DNA of 64,000 nucleotides from Botryllus schlosseri (taxonomy: Eukaryota): assembly GCA_051294905.1 (NCBI GenBank), contig CM119371.1, positions 7,130,001 to 7,194,000 on the forward strand. Direction: 5' to 3'. This document shows positions 11,986 to 22,255 of this stretch, in pieces (positions within the stretch are counted from its first letter, which is position 1; each line of letters begins with the position of its first letter). Under the pieces are notes generated by a model. The model searched no databases, was not told the origin of the DNA, and worked only from the letters and a program-made list of their open reading frames with translations. The position numbers and the translations under genes were made by a program.

Positions 11986-12927
11986 ATGGCAAATCCTATC
12001 AAGATGAACATGCGATATTTGGCAAGAATGGGAATAATCACCGATTTGGATAAATGCATAGCATTCTTAAGAAAACACCGTTTACTGGCCTCCAGAATGG
12101 ACTGCCAAGGATGTGGAAGCATAATGACCGAGGAGAGGACTTCCAGTACAGCGGACGGTCTTCGCTGGCGATGCCACGACTCCAAATGCCGGACTACGGC
12201 AACCATACGTAAAAATTCATTTTTTGAGAAGAGTAATTTGGGGCTCATCCAGCTGGTTATACTAACGTACTATTGGGCTTCTCGTACTCCACAACGACGA
12301 ATCTCTTTCGAGGCTGAAATTTCAAAAAGAGCAATAGTAGACTGGGCCAATTTCTTGCGAGAAATATGCTCTGCAGACCTCATAGATAGGAAGGGGCCCA
12401 TCGGCGGACCGAATAGCGAAATTGCAGCGGATGAATCGGTGGTCGCTCGTAGAAAGGCAGGCAACCGACAAGGCCGTCCAGTGAAAGCGGTGTGGATCTA
12501 CGGGGCCGTAGATCTCGTCTCTAAAGAAGCGTTTGTAGAATTGGTCCCGGAGTCAGGCAGAACGACGGAAAATCTGAAAGAAATAACATTGCGCAATGTG
12601 AGAGCAGGAACAACCATCAGAACCGACGCATTTTCTTCATATCGTTCTCTCAGTGACTGGGGAGGGATGGGGTATAAGCACAGGGTGATAAACCACTCGT
12701 TACACTATGTAGACCCGGTGACGCTTTTTCATACGAATGACATTGAATCGTTCTGGCGTCAGGCTAAGGAGCTATTGAAGCTACAAAACGGCGTAAGTCG
12801 AAGATTGATTCCAAGTTATCTGGACCAATTCCTTTGGTCGAGGATGTACCCAAAAGAAGATCATTTTATGCGCATACTTGAAGCAATAGCGGCCAACCCA
12901 AAATACTATATGGGAAGTGAAGTTTGA
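11986..12927 (+). CDS. Merlin / IS1595 (ISXO2-like) DDE transposase, 313 aa, intact
   Basis: N-terminal Zn ribbon (CQGC...WRCHDSKC), helix region, DES...GR...VWIYGAVD, IRTDAFSSY, HRVINHS..YVDP...HTNDIESFW, YLDQFLW: the characteristic IS1595/Merlin motif order. Confidence 0.93.
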   Translation: MANPIKMNMRYLARMGIITDLDKCIAFLRKHRLLASRMDCQGCGSIMTEERTSSTADGLRWRCHDSKCRTTATIRKNSFFEKSNLGLIQLVILTYYWASRTPQRRISFEAEISKRAIVDWANFLREICSADLIDRKGPIGGPNSEIAADESVVARRKAGNRQGRPVKAVWIYGAVDLVSKEAFVELVPESGRTTENLKEITLRNVRAGTTIRTDAFSSYRSLSDWGGMGYKHRVINHSLHYVDPVTLFHTNDIESFWRQAKELLKLQNGVSRRLIPSYLDQFLWSRMYPKEDHFMRILEAIAANPKYYMGSEV

Positions 12928-13106
12928 AACCTCCCTGATGCCAGTCAACTTGCGTTTTACATCGATAATAGCACCTACCAAACATTGAGTTATTTGAAAA
13001 CAAAATACCAAAAATTTTTTATTATATTTTACAGAAATTGGAATATAATAATAGGAAGTCCTATTTTTAATTGAATGAATTTGCCAGCTGTACCTATCAG
13101 TGAAGA

Positions 13107-15512
13107 ATGGAATTCATTTCTGTTATTGGTAATCACTACATTAATGTTCTTTATGCAATTATTTTATTGTATATTTGGACTGAAGAGACGAAAGTTTACT
13201 GCAATATAGTTAACGTTTCGATCACAGAAATGCCCTCAGGATATGAAGACAGTTTCGTGAACGCATCAATCACGAATCTGCCCTCAGGCTATGAAGACCG
13301 TGCTGGGACGATAACCCAGGCCCAGTTCGGTCAGCTGCCTAGAGAATTACCAAAAGACTGGGCCAGATTGAATTCGTCGGCTTGGGAACATATATCACTT
13401 TCACAGTGTTGGCAAATTAAAAATGTAACTCATAATTTTACGAATCCGGGCCTCTTTTTTTCGTCGACCTTTGGATATGTCAAAGCCGAAAAGATCACAT
13501 TGCAAGAATACTTATATCCAACCGGGAAATACTGGACTAGCCTTGACCGGTTTGAACATACCTGTGTTTGTGGGCGCGAAAAGGCATACATCACTCCTGA
13601 TTTGAAGCTCAAGGCCCTGGAATCAGAAATAGTTTACGTTAGACCGACAGGCCACAATGTCAGATTGGCCTGGCGCTTTTCTGAAACATCAAGAAACATT
13701 CGAGATTGGAACCCGCTTGGTTTATATCAAATAGCAATTATGAAGTACAAATTGAAAGCCTTGAAAATGTTTGCTAGTTATTCAAGTATCAAAATCAGTT
13801 GTATAACTGAACAAGTTAGAACCGAAGAAATAATGAGACAGAGAAATATATACAATGATAGTTCTACCGACTTCGTGGACTGTGTCCGCTTATGGCAATT
13901 TTTACAGTGTACTATCTGTACGGTCAGAGGACTGGTAGTAAGTTTCGAGCCACACGCAAGCAAGATAATACTGCAAGAAGAAGATTCAACAAGGAACCTT
14001 CATGTCACATTGAACAAAGAAATGGATTTCGCACCTGGATTACGCAACTATCATCCTTCAGCCCCCGTATGGTTGAGAGACATGGCAGGCGATAAGCCTA
14101 CATTGCCAAAAAATATGATCTGGGTCTATCCTAGCTACATTAATAAGTACGGTTTCGAATATCGCGATGGGCCTACACCAACGAAAATAGCAGGAGCTCT
14201 GCCAATATACCTACAATACCCTTCCATGTTGAAGCAGGATCAATCGTGTATCAGAAGAATTCAAGGCAATAGGGCTATCTGCAATGATCCTGTTGGAGGT
14301 TTAAATATGAAATTGGCGTTTTGGGATCAAATTAAATACGATTCACAGTCAAATGAGAGAAGGTATCCCGGGAAACCATTTGTAATTTTAGGAGGGAAGA
14401 AGACGGGATTGGAACAAAGCGACTCCACGCTACCAGGAAGAACTAGAAAAAAGCGTCTTTTTTTTAGTTTGTTTATTTTATCGTTCTCTGTAATTTTAAC
14501 GTTGGCTGTAACGTCAAACCTTCAGGGAGTTCTGAACAAAAATATGGACCAGCTTACTTCTCAGATGAACGCACGATTCACAAAAATCGAAAATGATTTG
14601 AAGACAGTGGCAGACGGATTAAATGATCTCTCACTTATTGGAATTGCACGCGCCCAGAAACTTAATCAAGTCATTGTGACCAGTATGCGTCGAGATGCAG
14701 CAACTGAGGAAAGATTTAAAACTATTACAAATATGATTTGGACAAATCGTAATATGATAATTGCTCAAATAGACAGTTACTTGTCTACAATCCAAATGGT
14801 ACAAGAAATGACTCTTGCAGAATTAAGTTTGAATCAATTAGTTATGGAGCAATTGCAAAATCTAACTGCAAGACCCATATTCGATAAAAATAAGGCTTAC
14901 GCTGTACGAATAAAATCGGGAATTTTAAGCCTCCGAGAAATAGCTGAAAAAATCATTGAACTAAAAGATGAGTATGTGAACATTTCTCAAAACCAGGCTT
15001 TAGATTTACAAAATACACGAAGAGAGTTGCAGAAAATCGACAATCAAGCTGAAATCGAAATAACACGCTGGCAAGAGGATTTGAACAATAGTATTTTTGT
15101 GAATGCATCAGAGTTCTCAAACGGCAATGTTAGTTTCCACCATCTTGACCAAATAATTGGGGAGGAATTCTTTGACGACGTTGGAACCGCAGTCGAAACC
15201 TTGGCAAACGGGACTTCAAAAATTTTACAGAATGTCGCTAACGGCGCTAAAACTGTAATCACAGAAGGAGTACACGGAATAACTTCTATCCTAGGAGCAG
15301 GGACACAAGCTTTGTTTGGTGACATTGGAAGTATAGTCTTGCCCATAGTGGGAGTGATTGCAGCCATAGGCATATTGATTTGCATGATCAAAATCTATCC
15401 AGTAATATTCCCGAACAAAAAGAGGATCCATCGTGAAATTCAAGGAAGAAACAATAGATCTGAAATGACCACGTATACAGCAATTCTCGCTCCAACGTAC
15501 CATCAAAGATAA
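13107..15512 (+). CDS. Viral envelope-like class I fusion glycoprotein (Env1), 801 aa
   Basis: N-terminal hydrophobic signal; Cys-containing ectodomain with many N-x-S/T sequons; furin site RTRKKR (14439-14456) immediately followed by hydrophobic LFFSLFILSFSVILTLAV; long heptad-like helices; Gly-rich pre-TM; TM IVLPIVGVIAAIGILICMI; short tail with YxxPhi. Confidence 0.8.
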   Translation: MEFISVIGNHYINVLYAIILLYIWTEETKVYCNIVNVSITEMPSGYEDSFVNASITNLPSGYEDRAGTITQAQFGQLPRELPKDWARLNSSAWEHISLSQCWQIKNVTHNFTNPGLFFSSTFGYVKAEKITLQEYLYPTGKYWTSLDRFEHTCVCGREKAYITPDLKLKALESEIVYVRPTGHNVRLAWRFSETSRNIRDWNPLGLYQIAIMKYKLKALKMFASYSSIKISCITEQVRTEEIMRQRNIYNDSSTDFVDCVRLWQFLQCTICTVRGLVVSFEPHASKIILQEEDSTRNLHVTLNKEMDFAPGLRNYHPSAPVWLRDMAGDKPTLPKNMIWVYPSYINKYGFEYRDGPTPTKIAGALPIYLQYPSMLKQDQSCIRRIQGNRAICNDPVGGLNMKLAFWDQIKYDSQSNERRYPGKPFVILGGKKTGLEQSDSTLPGRTRKKRLFFSLFILSFSVILTLAVTSNLQGVLNKNMDQLTSQMNARFTKIENDLKTVADGLNDLSLIGIARAQKLNQVIVTSMRRDAATEERFKTITNMIWTNRNMIIAQIDSYLSTIQMVQEMTLAELSLNQLVMEQLQNLTARPIFDKNKAYAVRIKSGILSLREIAEKIIELKDEYVNISQNQALDLQNTRRELQKIDNQAEIEITRWQEDLNNSIFVNASEFSNGNVSFHHLDQIIGEEFFDDVGTAVETLANGTSKILQNVANGAKTVITEGVHGITSILGAGTQALFGDIGSIVLPIVGVIAAIGILICMIKIYPVIFPNKKRIHREIQGRNNRSEMTTYTAILAPTYHQR

Positions 15513-15615
15513 TATTTGGAAACAAAAGGTAAAATGAAATATTTCTATTAACTGATACCCCTACTATATTTAGATTTAAGCTTAAAGTGTATTGTTAACC
15601 GACAATCGTGAAATC

Positions 15616-18600
15616 ATGAAGATAAAGATCTTCCGGGAGTCGATAATTGGGATCATGTGGATTCTAATCAATTTGAGTCAAGGTAAAAAGGTATCTCTTA
15701 CTGAAATGTCACTAATAAAATTGCACGATTTAAATGTTTCACGTTGGATGCTGTATAATGAGAGTCAAGTTATATTACATGCCCCGTTACATAGGTTATT
15801 TGAACTAGATGCACCCACTACTTCTAATTATGGGCACATCGAAATGATTACAGGACATAGCAGTCAATTTGGACCAGTCAAAACCTTTGGTCAGACATTG
15901 CAAAATAATCTTGGGAGGAAGAATCAACATAACGTATATTGGGAGGATCCTTTAACCTTTGAGCAAACCTGTATTTGCCGAAGGAAGATTCACTATATTG
16001 AACCACCTCTGGCATATGCAAATTTGTATAGAAAGATCAGATACGTAAGAGCAGATAAATTTAATGCGCGTTTCATTTTTCGTTGGGCTGAAAATAATAT
16101 CACCTTACCAATATCAAATCCCCGAAATGCACACACTCCCGTAATGACAGTATACAAATATCTAATCATAAATTTGCTCATAAATTATCGAGTAGTGATT
16201 GCCAATTGTGTAAAAATATGGCATCCTGAGAAATTCGAAACCAGCATCTCAATGCGTAATTTCTATGTCTGTACAACTGGAGATCAAAGATTGACGAAAT
16301 GTTACGCTTGCCAATTTAAGGGAGAAAACCCAGTCATGAATATAGTGGATACTGGAATATTCATACAAGAACAAGATAGTACGATCAATGATTTTGTAAC
16401 AAGGAACGACACTGACAGTGCTTTAGATTCTAGCATACTATATGCCGCCTCAGAAAATAAATGGCCTTTAGAGTATTTTGACAGAGTGGCGTCAAATCGT
16501 ATATATTGGATTAGAGCTAGCTCGAAAATATCTACTGAACTTATATTAGAGGACGGTGACAACTGCTTTCGTGATGGACCAAATCTTAGACAAGCCGGAA
16601 GTATACCAATAAAAGAAACTACACCATCTATGATGGCAAATGACCCAAATTGCCATCGTCGTGTACTGGGAAAGACAAAATGTAATAAACCTATGGGTGG
16701 AGTTGAGGCCAAACTTATGCTTGGAAATCACATGACGTATGACCCTTCACTAAATAAACAACAATTTGTGAATGTTCATGGAGGTTTTTTGATGAAAAAC
16801 AAAGGATTTCGCATTCCCGAATCATTTGAACATAGTAATCAGACTTTCCTTTTGGTATGGAGACATGGAAATACGAATAGAATTGGCCAAATACTACGTG
16901 AAAGTTGGTTTCAAGCACGAGAAAGGGTAGTTACCATTTTCGCTAATATATCCAGACCAATTAACATGATAAGATCTAGATTACGAGCAATGATGTCTCG
17001 CGAACGAAATTTTCCAAGAACGATGAATATATTATCGAACAAAATCTCCAGACTAAAGAGGGGACTATTGCCAACAGAAGTATCACGATTAAACAAAGCA
17101 TTCAGTCAGATGACTGCAGCTATGATTCTATTGAGAGCGACTATGCGACAGATAGAACTGTTTGAAATAAGAATTTGTTATAAAGCTAGCTTTCAAAATG
17201 GAAGTTTAATTTATGTTCCTTTCGCCTATAAGGAAACTGTGCCCCGAAGCGATTCACTAACATCCAGCATACCAGAAACAGATATGACTACATTGACGAA
17301 TAGCGAAATTACACTATCTCGAATGACATCATCAGTTGTGACAAATATTACGGATAATATAGGAATTGGCGCATATACAGTGGTAGAGTCACCATTAAGG
17401 ACTAAGATTTTGACATCGTCTCTATCGACATCGCCTGATACAATATTGAAATCATCAAACGTTACTATTGGGAGAAATCAGACATATGATGTCACTAGGC
17501 CCGAGGCCCTACTATCACAAATACCAACACAGGTAACCTTGTCCGAATATTCAACTAATTCACCGACTACAAGAGAAACTGATCAGCACCGGCAAATGCT
17601 AACAGCAGCATCAGATACGACCATCTTTTTGCCAGAAGTTCAGCGAAATTCAAATTATTTCAATACCACAACACCATCAATAATACTTCCATATGAGGTA
17701 AGTGCACAAAGAGTAAGCATTCTCATTACAGGTATATTTAATACAACGACACAAGCAATGAAGAATACAGATATAATCACAAGGAATGCCACGTTCACCC
17801 GATCTACAACACATACAACACCGATGTCAATCATGATGGCCATTACTACATTAACAGAAGACAACTCAAGCTCAACTGCAAACTCCACAAACTACAAGGA
17901 AGACTCAATTAAATTGCCGCAAGCCGGTAAGTGGACTGTAACGACAAATGAAGATATATTGTTCAGACCAACGATAGAACCAAAGTCAAATTCGACAACT
18001 GAAACGCCAAATCCATTCTCACCCATATCAAACTTATTAAACACGTCGGAAGAATTACAACAAATTTCAACAACCCCAGTGGGAAAACGCAGCTCAGTTG
18101 CAGAAACCATTACCCAAGAAGATATGCGAGGTAACAACGTTTCAACACAAAATGACTCGAGTCATACAAACAGATTACAATCAAGTGCTCCAACGTTCAT
18201 AACAAAACATGCAAGTATAGTAGAAATTTCAAAAATGTCTCACAAGATTGTAATGAATAATTCTAACAGCTCAGTCAATGACAACATAAGTATTTTTGCC
18301 ACGCCTGATCCTAGTAGACATAGGGTTGGAAAAAGATCCTGGGAAAATACCACCATTTTGGCCAATAGCACGAATCAAAATCCAATTATGACGGAAGAAA
18401 TAACATTTAGGTCAACAAGCCAACCATTGATGTCAGTTAGAAGAGTTGAAATCGGACCCACGACTGATAGTAGAAGTACTAATTTCAGTGGACAGAGCCC
18501 CATGCACGTCACAAGAAGTAGTACTGAAGAAAAATTGAACACTAATCACAATACTACGTCTTTAGCATCATATACTACGCAAGCTACAACAGAAACTGGT

Positions 18601-19218
18601 GAAAAGATCAAACCAACTATGAGAAGTCGGGTAACCCACATGAATATTACTTGGGAAAATATCACGTTAGCACCAAATAGATCAAACTGGGACACCACTA
18701 ACTTAAATCTAAGTAATTATGAGACTACTATGAAGTATGAGTTGGGCCCTGAGCATACCAGAGATCAACAGTTGATTACCAAGAATATGCCTAAGGCGAC
18801 ATATTTAGCTTTTCAACCTAATGTAAATTCAAGCTGGATGGTATCGCCAAGTGATAATGAAGAAAAATTCAATTGGACTCAAGAACTTTACAAATTATCC
18901 GCCTTGGAGAGGAATTTTTCATTGGAAATAGATTCATACATCATCTTCAGAACTCATGTCAAGCGTGTCAGGGAACTTGCAAATGAAAATCTCTCTGGCA
19001 TTGTAAGCGCTGGAATCATTATAGCAATAATCACTGGAATAATGATATATCTAGTACGAAAATTCTGCAGTCAAAAGAAACAATACAATATGCGTGCTCA
19101 ACGTAGAATTGTAAAACGTAATGTGAGACACGAGTTGAAAAGGAAAATCCTAGAAGAATTGCAGAATAACTCAGAAATAATGGCATTAAATCATGAAATG
19201 AATGAATTAATCGCATAA
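15616..19218 (+). CDS. Type I membrane glycoprotein (Env2): Env1-paralogous head, mucin-like Ser/Thr stalk, TM anchor; 1200 aa from the ATG
   Basis: Signal peptide (IIGIMWILINLSQG); head motifs collinear with Env1 (FEQTCICRR vs FEHTCVCGR; QEQDST vs QEEDST; RDGP; CHRRVLG..CNKPMGG vs CIRRIQG..CNDPVGG); ~500 aa T/S/N-rich; TM GIVSAGIIIAIITGIMIYLV; basic tail. Confidence 0.78.
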   Translation: MKIKIFRESIIGIMWILINLSQGKKVSLTEMSLIKLHDLNVSRWMLYNESQVILHAPLHRLFELDAPTTSNYGHIEMITGHSSQFGPVKTFGQTLQNNLGRKNQHNVYWEDPLTFEQTCICRRKIHYIEPPLAYANLYRKIRYVRADKFNARFIFRWAENNITLPISNPRNAHTPVMTVYKYLIINLLINYRVVIANCVKIWHPEKFETSISMRNFYVCTTGDQRLTKCYACQFKGENPVMNIVDTGIFIQEQDSTINDFVTRNDTDSALDSSILYAASENKWPLEYFDRVASNRIYWIRASSKISTELILEDGDNCFRDGPNLRQAGSIPIKETTPSMMANDPNCHRRVLGKTKCNKPMGGVEAKLMLGNHMTYDPSLNKQQFVNVHGGFLMKNKGFRIPESFEHSNQTFLLVWRHGNTNRIGQILRESWFQARERVVTIFANISRPINMIRSRLRAMMSRERNFPRTMNILSNKISRLKRGLLPTEVSRLNKAFSQMTAAMILLRATMRQIELFEIRICYKASFQNGSLIYVPFAYKETVPRSDSLTSSIPETDMTTLTNSEITLSRMTSSVVTNITDNIGIGAYTVVESPLRTKILTSSLSTSPDTILKSSNVTIGRNQTYDVTRPEALLSQIPTQVTLSEYSTNSPTTRETDQHRQMLTAASDTTIFLPEVQRNSNYFNTTTPSIILPYEVSAQRVSILITGIFNTTTQAMKNTDIITRNATFTRSTTHTTPMSIMMAITTLTEDNSSSTANSTNYKEDSIKLPQAGKWTVTTNEDILFRPTIEPKSNSTTETPNPFSPISNLLNTSEELQQISTTPVGKRSSVAETITQEDMRGNNVSTQNDSSHTNRLQSSAPTFITKHASIVEISKMSHKIVMNNSNSSVNDNISIFATPDPSRHRVGKRSWENTTILANSTNQNPIMTEEITFRSTSQPLMSVRRVEIGPTTDSRSTNFSGQSPMHVTRSSTEEKLNTNHNTTSLASYTTQATTETGEKIKPTMRSRVTHMNITWENITLAPNRSNWDTTNLNLSNYETTMKYELGPEHTRDQQLITKNMPKATYLAFQPNVNSSWMVSPSDNEEKFNWTQELYKLSALERNFSLEIDSYIIFRTHVKRVRELANENLSGIVSAGIIIAIITGIMIYLVRKFCSQKKQYNMRAQRRIVKRNVRHELKRKILEELQNNSEIMALNHEMNELIA

Positions 19219-20038
19219 TGATTAATGTTTTCAGACTATTATTCACTGAAATATGAAGCATGAAAACTTGACTAACTATGTAATACTAGTGGAAACGGAC
19301 TGACACGCCCAAGGCTATGAAGTCGTGATAAGTTGTAAACAGGCTTATTGCTGTACTGTGGAAAATATGATTCCTTATTCCTGCAATGCAGTAAAAACCT
19401 TGCTAGCCCGGGGCTGTAACAAAACAAGTACTAAGACTACATTGGAAGCTTGACGTAAAAATGTGAAAGATACACTTACTTTCATATGTGAAACGTGATC
19501 TCAAGACCGTCGCATAAATACAATGTCTTTTGTAAAACTGATGATATATCCCAAAATAGGCAGTAGTCCATCACCTCTGCAATAAAGTAGATATATTTTC
19601 GAAAATGGAATGGCAATGACTGTATATTAACAAGAGATATACGGGCAAATTTTAGTGACGAGTCGTTAAAGCAGTATTCATTTCTCAAATACGATCCCAA
19701 ACCCTTACCTTTCCAGATTACCATTTCTTTTTTCAGGCAAGCGCTACATCAGATTGCTGTGAAATGACACAGTAACATTTACATACATTGGATCAAATGT
19801 AAATAATTATAAAAATCATTTAATATCTCATTTCTTGTTTCATTATACTGTAATTCATTCCTTTCGTTATATTTTGGTGAAAATATGTTGACATGAAGAA
19901 AATCACGACAACATGATTATAATTAAATAAATATACCTAAAAAATTCACAAAACCCTCAAAAACCGAAAAATATTTTGTTATTTAGTCTATACAGGTGAA
20001 TTTAATTTTGAAGCTTTCAATTTTGCTGCTAAATTGCA

Positions 20039-20670
20039 ATGATATCATTTTTGGGTGTTCTTATTGTTATAAAACACAAAAAAAAACATATATTACAAAA
20101 GAATCTTAAAATTCAGATTCAACAAAAAAAGGTATTCGCAAAAACATGTAGATTTAGATTTGTAACGATAGAAGATTCCAAAATTCTGTACATAAGGAAT
20201 ATTATTTCTGGACAGCACAGGCTGACAATTATGAAACCTTGTGAATATACTGAGCATCCAGGGCCCTAGATTATCGAAGACACCTCCTGGGTAAGTATGA
20301 TGTAAGTATATTTTACTGTTTTCTATCAAAGTTTCGAGACCATATTTAGTAGAAATATGGACAATCTCCTATAAACTGCGAAACCAGGGCAGGCTAATCC
20401 ATACGAAGCCGAGTAGAAAAAGATACATGCCATTGCGTAAAGCAATAGATAATTGCCCCTCTAGAACTAACAATACTGGCCCTTTATTTTATAACTAATA
20501 AAAAATACGACACAATTGGACCAAACATGAGTAGTTTATGCGATCTTCCAATTACGAGATAGGTAGTAAATGTATATAAATTCACGCATCACCATACTGT
20601 AGACACAATCCAGTCGTTAATGGAATGGATGTTGGGACACATTGTACAATTCTGGGATCAATTGTAGGTA
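20039..20670 (+). pseudogene. Possible decayed accessory ORF
   Basis: Protein-like reading (KTCRFRFVTIEDSKILYIRN...; HHHTVDTIQSLMEWMLGHIVQFWDQL) broken by several stops and a probable frameshift near 20425; no family recognised. Confidence 0.3.
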
Positions 20671-22255
20671 TGTTTTAATAAATTATAGGATTGTGAGAAG
20701 AGAGAATAACTCGGCACAGAATCAATAATATTCTGAAGTCGGAGGGCAGCATATTTCCTTTAGTAACCCTGTGAAAAGGAAGTAGAGCATTATGTTATGT
20801 TTTTTTTTGTACAATAATCAGTTATCAGTTTAACTCAATTTAAGAACAAGACCAAATGCTAATGAAATCAGAGTTTTCTATGGCTAATTATAACATAATT
20901 ACAAGTACCTGGTTCAATCAAAGTCCTTCATTGTGTAGTGAGAACTTGGATGCATGATTATGTTGAATTGGTCCTTAAGATTTCTTGAAAGATTGATTTG
21001 GCTGTTAGTACAAGGAAAATGGAAGTTCAAAACATTATTTACAAAATTTAACGTCTATCCTAGAAACAGGTTAATTTGTCACTTACTAAAAGTTTAAGCC
21101 TGGTTATTATTGAAGAATACTGCCGCCCCAAAAAATACCCAATAAATAAGGGAGTTAAGAACTACATATTTAAAATGAAGGTAACTACTGAACCCTATAA
21201 CTCAATCGGTATGGCTGAACACCAATAGCCATTACATCATGGAACAGGCCAAATTTGCTCAATTTCCTTTCAAATGAAGCTGTAAAGCACCCAACACTAT
21301 TGAAATGTTTCACTAGGCATCACAGAAATAGTGGAAAGCTTGACAAGTGAGTTTTCACAAAAATGTCTAAAGTGACATATTTTTTCTTTCAAGTAGGCAT
21401 AGAAATTGTCATGGAAAATTACTGGTACGATATAAAAAAATGAAGCACCAACAGATTATGAAATTCTGCTTTCTGAATGACAGATCGTGAGTGCAAACCA
21501 ACATATTTTGGAAGATAAAATCTCTAAAATATATAAACTGAGTAGAATTGACCTATGAAGTAATGTGCACACTACGTAATACAAGTGAAAACTAACCTTG
21601 TGTCGGATGATGCCTGGGCGATGTCTCGCGGTATTGTGCGGTGTCTCCTGGTACCTTCCGGTGCCGTGATATAATCTAAAATGACGGAAGTAATGTGAAA
21701 CTTATTATCAGATAAACTTCTCACGACATTTTGCAAAACAGGGCGTAGTCATCCAAAGAATGTAAAAATCTATATATACAAGCATAGATTTTTTTCTGAA
21801 TATTTCGAAATAAATATATACACCCACTCAAGATAGAACATTCATTCGGTCACTAGCATATTCTTATATCTGGAGGTCAGATACTCATGAATTATATTGA
21901 AGATAGAACAAGATAGTTTTTGTAATGACATATTACTAGACGGAATAGTACATGGATATATATACTTACCGATTGTTGAATTTAGGTGAAGTGATTGATA
22001 TAGGCTATTATAACTGAAAGAAAGTAAGTAGAGAGAGTTAATTATAAAAAAAAGGATAATAGAACGACAAGATCCAGGCCTTGCAAGTGACAATCATGTA
22101 TCGTTATGTTATATTGATGTTGTATCATATGTTATTTTACATAGTGTGTTATTGATTGCACAAAGTGAAGCTTTTACATATAGTAAAATGTTTGCTATTG
22201 ATTCTAGATTGTTTAATGTGAGATTGATTCATTGTAAACTTTCATTACAAAGAAT

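Noticed and set aside
11986-12927. Bacterial IS1595 contamination or horizontal transfer
   Set aside because: Flanked by host-type MITEs and continuous with eukaryotic sequence; the eukaryotic Merlin superfamily explains it.
13053-13068. AGGAAGTCCTATTTTT as the right TIR of the Merlin element, pairing with AAAAATAGGCTAACCT at the MULE insertion site
   Set aside because: Only 9 bp of AT-rich identity and no direct TSD. Not accepted, but it remains the main alternative to the cassette hypothesis.
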